Below the pieces are notes generated by a model. It made no database searches. It saw only the letters and a list, made by a program, of their open reading frames with translations, and was not told where the DNA came from. A program made the translations under genes and the position numbers. A stretch of DNA of 64,000 nucleotides, from positions 8,028 to 72,027 of the forward strand of contig JAHIUS010000001.1 in NCBI GenBank assembly GCA_018816885.1, given 5' to 3'. This stretch comes from Patescibacteria group bacterium (GTDB taxonomy: Bacteria > Patescibacteriota > Gracilibacteria > UBA1369 > UBA12470). Positions 54,391 through 61,885 of the stretch are shown here, piece after piece (positions within the stretch are counted from its first letter, which is position 1; each line of letters begins with the position of its first letter).

Positions 54391-54432
54391 ATGGCGGATG
54401 GCTAATGGCTAATGGCTAATGGCTAATGGCTT
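54391..54432 (+). repeat. Tandem heptamer array ATGGCTA (6 units) abutting the mraY start codon
   Basis: Direct reading: atggcgg atggcta x4 atggctt. Confidence 0.95.
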
Positions 54433-54480
54433 GTTGCGTATGGATTTTAGCTTAAAAGTATGGTTTTCGGTAGTTTTTGG

Positions 54481-54509
54481 TTGATTTTTTGGTTTGTTTG
54501 GCATATATT
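54481..54509 (+). promoter_or_regulatory. Candidate promoter for ORF 54581-55450
   Basis: TTGATT, 17 nt, TATATT. Confidence 0.45.
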
Positions 54510-54580
54510 CCATCTCCTTTAATATTAAAAATCTGAATAAACTTAAAGAAACAGCAGTAGAACCTGATGTTGTTAATGAG

Positions 54581-55450
54581 ATGCCGAGTGCGGAAGAAAT
54601 TACAGATGTTGTTTATAAAAGCCTTGAAAATATTTGTTTTAGGCTTACTAAAGATGAGTCGGGACAGGTCCGTTTGTTGCCGCATGGTGTTGAGAAGTTT
54701 CAGCGTTGGAAGAATGTGAGTACTTCGGTTGGTGTTTCTGAGCAGATACATTTGCCTTTGAGGGGCGACACCCTTCCTGAGTTGGCTGATTTGATTACTG
54801 TGATTGAGGTTGAAGTTAAGGCGGATCTTTTCAAGAGGTTCGGAGTAGTTAAGAGGGATCGTTATGTAAATGAGGTTTATGCGAGGTTGATTGAAGAGAT
54901 TGTTTCTGAATTAACTCGGCTTGATTGCAGTTATGAGTTTATGGATGGGCCGAATATTTATGCTTATGTTAGTGGAAGTTTCAGGTTTGATTTGAGGGAA
55001 ATTGATATGTTTTTGGATTTTCTTGATGAATCTGGGGATGCGCGAGATGTGTTTGCTGTTTTAAAAGAACATTATGGAGAGTTTGTGCGATTGGAAGAGG
55101 CAAGATTCCCGTCTCTTGAAGTGGTTAATTATAGACAAAGAAACATGGATCCTCTTGTGAATAAATTAGAGAGAGATTGGGACGGTTTCCGCTTTCGGCA
55201 GTATGTGGATCGAGGAGAAATTGTTTGCGAAAGATCGGGTGAGAGGTTTGAGCTTGAGGATTTTGGTGATTGGAAAATTCGTATTACTGCACCTGATGGG
55301 GCTAAGTATCAGGTTGAAGGTTATGGGCTTTTTGGTGCGATGCTTGAGATGAGTCGTGCGGATCATTTGTTTGAAGATATGAGAAAAAATATCTCCGAAG
55401 TTTTTTCTCAATTGGTTGAAAGTAATCCCGATATCAAGAGGCTCTCTTAA
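54581..55450 (+). CDS. Hypothetical protein
   Basis: 289 aa from MPSAEEITD (first in-frame ATG after the predicted promoter); no family recognised. Confidence 0.55.
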   Translation: MPSAEEITDVVYKSLENICFRLTKDESGQVRLLPHGVEKFQRWKNVSTSVGVSEQIHLPLRGDTLPELADLITVIEVEVKADLFKRFGVVKRDRYVNEVYARLIEEIVSELTRLDCSYEFMDGPNIYAYVSGSFRFDLREIDMFLDFLDESGDARDVFAVLKEHYGEFVRLEEARFPSLEVVNYRQRNMDPLVNKLERDWDGFRFRQYVDRGEIVCERSGERFELEDFGDWKIRITAPDGAKYQVEGYGLFGAMLEMSRADHLFEDMRKNISEVFSQLVESNPDIKRLS

Positions 55451-56344
55451 TTACCACTCATACGAGTTGTAAATCCAGTCCAGCATGAGTTTGGTTTCGC
55501 CGAATCTGTCATGGGAGCCGAGGATGACTGTGAGGATTTCGTGTCCGGCATGATTTTCCGCAACTGTTATTAAGCATTCTCCTGCTAAGGGGGTTTTGCC
55601 GGTTTTGAGGCCTTTTACGTTGAGGTAGGAGCCGAGGAGTTGGTTTGTTGAGGTGAGGTCGTGGGTCGGGTAGCCGAAAGCTCCTGTTATCGTGGCTTCC
55701 GGGAGGCTGGTGATTTCGCGTATGAATTCGTCTTTGAGGAGGTACATTGAGAGGTTTGCGAGGTCTTTGGTTGTTGAGTAGCCTTCATCATCCAGTCCAG
55801 ATGCGCTTGTGAAGTTGGTGTTCGTTAGTCCCAGTTGGCGGGCTTTTTGGTTCATTTTTTTGATAAAATTTTCTTCGCTTCCGGAGTTGAATTCCGCGAG
55901 GGCGACTGCGCAGTCGTTCCCGGATTGGATCAGCAGTCCGTAAAGCAGGGATTCGACTGTGATCTGTTCGCCTGTGCCGAGCCAGATTTGTGAGCCGGGG
56001 GTGTTTGCGGCTTTAGAGCTAACGGTGACAACTGAGTCTAACTCTTCTTCTTCCAGAATTATGTAGGCTGTCATCAGTTTGGTGAGGCTGGCGATTGGGA
56101 GTTTTTCGTGCTGGTTTAAAGTGTAAAGCGGTGTGTTGGATGTTAGGTCGAGGGCGTATCCGGATTCGGCGTAGATTATCGGTTCGATTTTGCCGATTTT
56201 TAAGGTTGGAATTGAGTTTATATCAATGAGTTCGCTTACTTCAAAAGGCTCTTGCTGCGCGAGTATGGGCGGCTGTTCTATCTCGGCGAGAGAGTTGGTT
56301 TGGAGGAGGGAGGTTATCAGTAGTGAGAGGAGGGCTCGGAGCAT
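55451..56344 (-). CDS. D-alanyl-D-alanine carboxypeptidase (peptidase S11)
   Basis: 297 aa with SLTK, SGN and KTG active-site motifs and a signal peptide. Confidence 0.88.
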   Translation of the reverse strand: MLRALLSLLITSLLQTNSLAEIEQPPILAQQEPFEVSELIDINSIPTLKIGKIEPIIYAESGYALDLTSNTPLYTLNQHEKLPIASLTKLMTAYIILEEEELDSVVTVSSKAANTPGSQIWLGTGEQITVESLLYGLLIQSGNDCAVALAEFNSGSEENFIKKMNQKARQLGLTNTNFTSASGLDDEGYSTTKDLANLSMYLLKDEFIREITSLPEATITGAFGYPTHDLTSTNQLLGSYLNVKGLKTGKTPLAGECLITVAENHAGHEILTVILGSHDRFGETKLMLDWIYNSYEW

Positions 56345-56379
56345 GTTAGTGACGAGTAATGAGTACCAAGTACCCAGTG

Positions 56380-56570
56380 GGTGGTGTTTCCGCTTCGCGG
56401 AAACGGCTTATTTGTAGTTTAGGGCGAGGGGATCGCTTCGCTTCCTCTCGCTGGTGGTGTTTCCGCTTCGCGGAAACGGCTTGATTTGTAGTTTAGGGCG
56501 AGGGGATCGCTTCGCTTCCTCTCGCTGGTGGTGTTTCCGCTTCGCGGAAACGGCTTGATTTGTAGTGGTA
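56380..56570 (+). repeat. Tandem repeat, 73-74 bp unit, about 2.6 copies; each unit has two hairpins joined by TTTGTAGT
   Basis: Units begin at 56380, 56453 and 56527. GTTTCCGC/GCGGAAAC hairpin, then GCGAGGGGA-TCGCTTCGCT-TCCTCTCGC hairpin. Confidence 0.95.
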
Positions 56571-56608
56571 GTTTAGCGGAAAAGCAGGGGTTTGTTTTTT
56601 TGTTGGGC

Positions 56609-56637
56609 TTGACGGGTTGGCGGATTGGGTGTATAAG
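56609..56637 (+). promoter_or_regulatory. Candidate promoter for ORF 56666-57319
   Basis: TTGACG, 17 nt, TATAAG. Confidence 0.5.
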
Positions 56638-56665
56638 ATGATCTTAAATTTTTAATCAAAAAAAC

Positions 56666-57319
56666 ATGTCTAATACGCCTGATGAGAACAATTCTCCTGT
56701 CGAGGATTCCAAAAGAGAAGTTCTTGAGAATCAATGTATGGATTGTATGGGGACTGCTGCTGATGAGACTTTGGCGAAGGTTTTGAGTTATTTTCCTGAA
56801 ACTGCACAATTGTTTATTAAGACTCAGGAGTATGCTACAAGCGTGACGGGAAAAAAGGGTTTGCAGTATGTAGTGCAACTTAAGGTTGGGGATAAGTATT
56901 TAGCAGGGGGTACGTGCAGAGTTCCTGGCTCAGAATATTTGGGGATTTCTGGTTATTCTGGTCAAAATTTAATGCAGAAAATTAAGGTGATTCGTGTTTT
57001 GAGAGGTGAATACGAATTAGGTTTATCTGCTGATGAGGTTTATGGGATTTTGGATGCAAATGATGCCGATGATAGTGATAAGGAGTATGTGCTGATTGTC
57101 AAAAAAATGCTGGAAGTTATGGGGGTTACGGATGAGGAATTAACTTTATTGAGAGAGTTCTATGATGCACATAGAAGAAGCGAGAGAATGCATCGTCAGG
57201 CAACTGATCTTGAAGATCAAGCAAAAAAACTTAGAGAGCAGGCTATAGCTATTGTGCGTGAAATAGAGACAGATAGAATAGGGGGGATATATCGAGCTCG
57301 AAAATCAACCGAAGCTTAG
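56666..57319 (+). CDS. Hypothetical protein
   Basis: 217 aa, no family recognised. Confidence 0.55.
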   Translation: MSNTPDENNSPVEDSKREVLENQCMDCMGTAADETLAKVLSYFPETAQLFIKTQEYATSVTGKKGLQYVVQLKVGDKYLAGGTCRVPGSEYLGISGYSGQNLMQKIKVIRVLRGEYELGLSADEVYGILDANDADDSDKEYVLIVKKMLEVMGVTDEELTLLREFYDAHRRSERMHRQATDLEDQAKKLREQAIAIVREIETDRIGGIYRARKSTEA

Positions 57320-58066
57320 TATCTCTTTGTCAGTCAAATGTCTGTACTGCCCTTTTTTCAGATCACCGAGTTCTATCGGACCGACTCGGAGGCGTTTTAA
57401 GTATACCACGTGATGCCCGAGGAGCCTGAAGACCTCGCGGATTTGGCGTTTGCGGCCTTCGGAGAGAGTTAGGATGAAGGAATGAGGGTTTAGGATAGAG
57501 TAGGACATTGGATTCAGGGTGTAGCTATCGAGTTGTAATGTTCCGGAGGTGAGTTTTTCGAGGGTTTCTTGGGTTGGTTCGCCTTTGACTTTTACGATGT
57601 AGTCTTTTGTTGATTCGTTGCTTGGATGTGTGATTTTTTGGATAAAATCTCCATCTGTTGACAGTATGAGCAGTCCTCTTGAATCTGCGTCCAGTCTGCC
57701 GGCGGGTTTTACCGATTTTAACTCTTCGGGGAGGAGATCTATGACGGTTCTTCTTCCGTGGGTATCTTGTGTTGTTGAAAGGTAGCCATCCGGTTTGTAC
57801 AGGGCGAGGTAGATGTGTGTTTTTGGTTTTAAAATATTGCCGTTTATTGAAATCTCGTCTTGCTGCGAGGCTGATTGTCCGATTTCGGCTTTTTCGCCAT
57901 TAACAAATACTTGTCCTTCTCGGATAAGGTCTTCTGCTTTTCTTCTGGAATAATTACTCCTCGCTGCTATCAGCTTCTGCAGTCTCTCCTTCTTCTGCTG
58001 CTTCTTCTGTTTCGGCAGGTGGGATGTATTGCCAGTAGTAGAATCTGGTTTCATTGTTTTCTTCAT
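57305..58066 (-). CDS. Pseudouridine synthase, RsuA/RluB family, with S4 domain
   Basis: AGRLDADSRGLLILSTDG motif; S4 segment ERLQKLIAARSNYSRRKAEDLI. The start codon is uncertain because it overlaps the upstream gene. Confidence 0.85.
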   Translation of the reverse strand: MKKTMKPDSTTGNTSHLPKQKKQQKKERLQKLIAARSNYSRRKAEDLIREGQVFVNGEKAEIGQSASQQDEISINGNILKPKTHIYLALYKPDGYLSTTQDTHGRRTVIDLLPEELKSVKPAGRLDADSRGLLILSTDGDFIQKITHPSNESTKDYIVKVKGEPTQETLEKLTSGTLQLDSYTLNPMSYSILNPHSFILTLSEGRKRQIREVFRLLGHHVVYLKRLRVGPIELGDLKKGQYRHLTDKEILSFG

Positions 58067-59480
58067 AATATGGGATGAAATCTTTTCCTAATTCAATGAG
58101 AAGCTGAGCTTCGGTAGGCCAGTTTTCCGGGAGGTAGTCTTCCGGAATTATTTCTGAGACTTCGGCTTCGGGGATAAGTTCCAGAAGTAGATCTAAGGTC
58201 TTCGATTCTTCTCCTGAGAGGTTAAAAATAGTTGTTTCTTCAAGTCCGAGTCTTGCGGCGTTCCCATATCTGGCGGTGTATAGGCCGTATCTGTTTAAGT
58301 AGTTTTTTGTGTCTGTTGCGAGGCCTTCATATCCCGAGCTGTTTACGACTTGGAGAGGGATGTTTTCTTTAAAAAGTCCCGGCGTGTGCAAGAAAAGCTC
58401 TGCGAAATGTTGGATCTCGGAGTAGTCGTATGAGCTTGGAACGAGTACGAAAGCTCCTCCGTAAAGTTCACGGTCCGGGGTGTATAAGAATCCTCCGGTT
58501 GCATAAGGGTCGTCGCTGAATACTTGCGACAGAATTGAGTCTTGCGAGAAGTCGTCCGCCATTTTCCCGAGCCTGGCTATTTCTGTAAATGTTAGGTTTG
58601 TTACGAAGTTAGAGGAGAACGCTTCGTAAAGGTTTTTGAGTTTTCCCGGGCTGGCGAGGACTCCGAGTGAGAAAGCTTTGTCCTTGAGGGCCGCGATGAT
58701 TTGTTGTTGCCTTAAAGCTCTGTCGAAGTCGGAAGTTGTTTTGCGGCTGCGTGCGAATTTGAGGGCATCTTCGCCGTCAAAATGGTTTTCTCCCGCATCA
58801 AGATAGAATGTTTGGTATTGGCCTGTTTCTTCGATCGGATAGTACGGATCGTAAAAATTTTCATCCAAATATACATCGATTCCTCCGAGAGCATCTACGA
58901 TATCAATGAATCCGTTGAAGTCTACGAGCGCGTAATAATGGATTTCTATGTCGAGGAGTTCCGCTATTTTTTCTTTCAACGCGCTAAGGGCGATGTCCCG
59001 GGCTTCTTCTTCGCTCCTACCCTGATTTTCGTGGTACATTTTGGTCAATTCATAGAAGCGATTGATTCTCCAATTACCTATCAGCTCATCTTCGATATAA
59101 AAATCTCTCGGTATGGAAAGCATCGGAACGAGATTGTTCTCTTTGTCGAGTGATGCGACCATTATTGTATCTGTAAGTTCCGCTCCGTCGTGGCTGCCAC
59201 CTCCCATCCCGAGTAAGAGAAAGTTTGTGTGGCCTTCTTCATCTGTTGCGAGTGAGCTGCTGATGACGGAGAGGATGATGTTTTTTACTGAAATGGAGTT
59301 TTCTGTCATGTCGAGGATTTTGGCTGCTGCGATGCACATCCCCCAGATGAATACGGCTATTATTATGAATGCTATCAGGTTGGCTTTTATGAATGCAAAA
59401 GCTCCTTTTTTGGCTTTTTCCAGGTTGTCGTGTGTTTTTATTACTCTGTCGGAGCGGATTTTTTTTGTTTGGAAATCCAT
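57954..59480 (-). CDS. LytR-CpsA-Psr (LCP) family cell-envelope transferase
   Basis: 508 aa, N-terminal TM, LCP core (NFLLLGMGGGSHDGAELTDTIMVASL...SIPRD). Confidence 0.85.
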   Translation of the reverse strand: MDFQTKKIRSDRVIKTHDNLEKAKKGAFAFIKANLIAFIIIAVFIWGMCIAAAKILDMTENSISVKNIILSVISSSLATDEEGHTNFLLLGMGGGSHDGAELTDTIMVASLDKENNLVPMLSIPRDFYIEDELIGNWRINRFYELTKMYHENQGRSEEEARDIALSALKEKIAELLDIEIHYYALVDFNGFIDIVDALGGIDVYLDENFYDPYYPIEETGQYQTFYLDAGENHFDGEDALKFARSRKTTSDFDRALRQQQIIAALKDKAFSLGVLASPGKLKNLYEAFSSNFVTNLTFTEIARLGKMADDFSQDSILSQVFSDDPYATGGFLYTPDRELYGGAFVLVPSSYDYSEIQHFAELFLHTPGLFKENIPLQVVNSSGYEGLATDTKNYLNRYGLYTARYGNAARLGLEETTIFNLSGEESKTLDLLLELIPEAEVSEIIPEDYLPENWPTEAQLLIELGKDFIPYYEENNETRFYYWQYIPPAETEEAAEEGETAEADSSEE

Positions 59481-59649
59481 GTGTTAGTGAGGAGTAATGA
59501 GTACCAAGTGCCCAGTGATTGGTGTTTCGCTGGCGCGAAACAACTTTTTGTAGTGAGGGCGCGAGAATCGCTTCGCTTTCTTGCGCTGTGGTGTTTTGCT
59601 GCGCAAAACGTCTTTTTTTATTTGAGCGGTTCCCGCTCTGTCGCCGCGT

Positions 59650-59681
59650 ATATTAGTACTTTAAGTTGTAGATTACAACTT
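59650..59681 (-). promoter_or_regulatory. Candidate LCP promoter with a palindromic operator over the -35
   Basis: Minus-sense TTGTAA, 17 nt, TAATAT; perfect inverted repeat AAGTTGTA-GAT-TACAACTT at 59663-59681. Confidence 0.45.
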
Positions 59682-59722
59682 GCAGTTTTTTTGGGTTTGC
59701 GTTGATATTTTCTATACACAAT

Positions 59723-59752
59723 TTGACTTCTTGTCGATTTCCCTGATATAAA
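59723..59752 (+). promoter_or_regulatory. Candidate promoter for the lipoprotein cluster
   Basis: TTGACT, 18 nt, TATAAA. Confidence 0.45.
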
Positions 59753-59779
59753 CCTCGTCTTATTTGTTAAAAAACTATT

Positions 59780-60016
59780 ATGGATAGATTGAGACAGGTT
59801 TTAGGGGTTTTGATGGCGGGGGTTATGGGTTTGGCGGCTGGATGTAGCGATCCTTGTGATGAGGTTGAATGTTTTTATCAGGAAGAAACAACTGGTGCTT
59901 GCGATCTTGTGATTCTGGATTGTATGGAGGCAGGGGATTGTAGTGAGGTTGCGGAGCTTGGATGTGTTAGTCAGGAATTTGCGGATGCGGTTGAAAGGTG
60001 CGTTCGATCTGATTAG
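59780..60016 (+). CDS. Small Cys-rich putative lipoprotein
   Basis: 78 aa, lipobox LAAGC, eight further Cys. Confidence 0.6.
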   Translation: MDRLRQVLGVLMAGVMGLAAGCSDPCDEVECFYQEETTGACDLVILDCMEAGDCSEVAELGCVSQEFADAVERCVRSD

Positions 60017-60068
60017 TTTGACTTTTTGGCTTACAGATGGTATTTTATGCTCTCTAAAAATATTTATC

Positions 60069-60734
60069 ATGGGAGTTGATTCATCGAGAAATATAGGCAA
60101 GGTTGTTGTGGTCGGTGCTGTTTTGGCTCTTTTCGAAGGGTGTGATCCTAATTTTGTTCTCCCGGGTTCAGGGCAGCCTGAAGTTGATATTGATGATTTT
60201 TCTGAAGATGTTGCTCATATTGTTCAGGAGATTGCGGATGGATGTGATGCTGTTCTTGAAAACCCTTCTAATTTTTGGGTGATAGAAGATGTTGATATTG
60301 ATACGGGGGAGGTATGGAGAGAGTCTACCCATGTTTTAGGGATGAAAGGTGATGATCAGGTTGATTGTGAGTGTTGGAAGAGTCTTGATGATGAGGTGCG
60401 TTTTCCTGTAATTTCCGTTAATGGCGATGAGGTTGAGTTTGACGAGAATGATCCCGTTTCCCCAACTTCGGGATGTGCTTTTTGGCTTGACCCTAATATT
60501 GATAGCGATAGCACTCATAAAACTGCTCTTATGGAAATGGATGAGTTGGGAGGGAAAGCTTGGATTGAAGAGGAGGTTGCAGATGATGAGTTTGATAGGG
60601 TTGAAGCTGTTTTGGATCAGGATGACTTAGGGTTGGGCAATGATTTTGTCAGTTATTATATGGATAGATTGGAAGATATCTCTTACGGGTCTCCTTATAC
60701 TTACGAGGAGGAGCATTTGTGGGGGTCTTTGTAG
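60069..60734 (+). CDS. Acidic putative lipoprotein
   Basis: 221 aa from MGVDSSRN, lipobox LFEGC. Confidence 0.6.
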   Translation: MGVDSSRNIGKVVVVGAVLALFEGCDPNFVLPGSGQPEVDIDDFSEDVAHIVQEIADGCDAVLENPSNFWVIEDVDIDTGEVWRESTHVLGMKGDDQVDCECWKSLDDEVRFPVISVNGDEVEFDENDPVSPTSGCAFWLDPNIDSDSTHKTALMEMDELGGKAWIEEEVADDEFDRVEAVLDQDDLGLGNDFVSYYMDRLEDISYGSPYTYEEEHLWGSL

Positions 60735-60762
60735 GATGTAGGGGATAGGGTGTAGGGAGGCG

Positions 60763-60825
60763 GCGGAGCTTGGTTGTGTCAGTGAGGAGTTTGCGGATGC
60801 GGTTGAGGCTTGTGCGATTTTGTAA
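60763..60825 (+). pseudogene. Start-less duplicate of the 3-prime end of gene 59780-60016
   Basis: About 42 of the first 50 aligned nt match 59951-60000. Reads AELGCVSEEFADAVEACAIL-stop versus AELGCVSQEFADAVERCVRSD-stop; no start codon and an in-frame TAG upstream. Confidence 0.7.
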
Positions 60826-60889
60826 TGTTTTTTCGGATTGGCAAGCTTTGGTTGTTGATGTTTTTGGGGAAGTTTGTATGATTTAATAA

Positions 60890-61735
60890 ATGAAAATTAT
60901 GAACGTAAACAAACCAAAATTATCACCTGCTATCGCATTTGCTGTTGCTGCGTTGGCGGTTTCCGGGCTTGATTGTAATGGTGATGAGGTTCCTGAGGTG
61001 GAACAGAGTGCTGATGATATAACCGCAGATAGTCATTCGAAGGTTCAGTCTGCTTTAACAGATCTTCCGGTTGCTCTTCCTGACCCTCAGCCTCTTGATG
61101 GGAAAGAATTTCCCATTCATGAAAGAGGTGATGTTGTTGGGGTCCTTGATGATGGAACACGATTGGAGTTGGTGAAAAAAGGAGAGGTTTCTATTATTCG
61201 TGCCTTTTTGGATAATAGAAGGGCGAAATTCGAAAATTTATCTGATGAGCAGTGGGGCATGGTTTATGCTGCAACATCTTTCAAAGGTCTTCAGAGGCTA
61301 ACAGAGATTTTTATTGAACAAGGCATGGAAGATATTCGTAATGGAGATTCAGATGGTGATTACATAAGTGTTTTGATTGAAGGTCAAATAGATGAGTGTC
61401 CTGAATTTAGGTATAGGCGAAGTATGATGGTTGTTCCTGAGCTTCTTAGTGTTAAAGGATCTGAATGTGTTTGGGATGAATGGGATCCTCAGTGCGCTAG
61501 TGTTGTAGGTAAAAGTTTCGCGGCTTCTACGCTTGTTAAATGGGACGCTTTTTTGGATCCTGCAACGGGAGATTTTTCTGAATATCCAGTTGTTTTTAGT
61601 CCAGCGGGAGTAAAGTTTGCTACCCCAATACCTAAAGAATGGATTGCTACTCAAGCATCTTGTCCTGATCCTAATGGTGTTGTTTCGCAGTGGACGATAG
61701 TTGATGGAGAAATAGTGCCTGTTCTTAGTGAATAA
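60890..61735 (+). CDS. Acidic secreted protein or lipoprotein
   Basis: 281 aa, N-terminal signal-like segment AIAFAVAALAVSGLDC. Confidence 0.6.
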   Translation: MKIMNVNKPKLSPAIAFAVAALAVSGLDCNGDEVPEVEQSADDITADSHSKVQSALTDLPVALPDPQPLDGKEFPIHERGDVVGVLDDGTRLELVKKGEVSIIRAFLDNRRAKFENLSDEQWGMVYAATSFKGLQRLTEIFIEQGMEDIRNGDSDGDYISVLIEGQIDECPEFRYRRSMMVVPELLSVKGSECVWDEWDPQCASVVGKSFAASTLVKWDAFLDPATGDFSEYPVVFSPAGVKFATPIPKEWIATQASCPDPNGVVSQWTIVDGEIVPVLSE

Positions 61736-61754
61736 GGTTTTGCGCAGATATTGT

Positions 61755-61785
61755 GTTTTTGCTTGCGCAAAAACACTTTTGTAGT
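61755..61785 (+). terminator. Intrinsic terminator after the lipoprotein cluster (GTTTTTGC-type hairpin)
   Basis: GTTTTTGC, TTGC loop, GCAAAAAC, then ACTTTTGTAGTTT. A second hairpin GAGCC...GGCTC plus TTTTGTG follows. Confidence 0.6.
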
Positions 61786-61885
61786 TTGAGCCTCGTTATA
61801 CTCGGCTCTTTTGTGCGCAAGCAGAATTTTATTCTGTTGCGCATATTTAATCTGGATTTAATGTCGTTGTGTTAGCATCAGGAGT

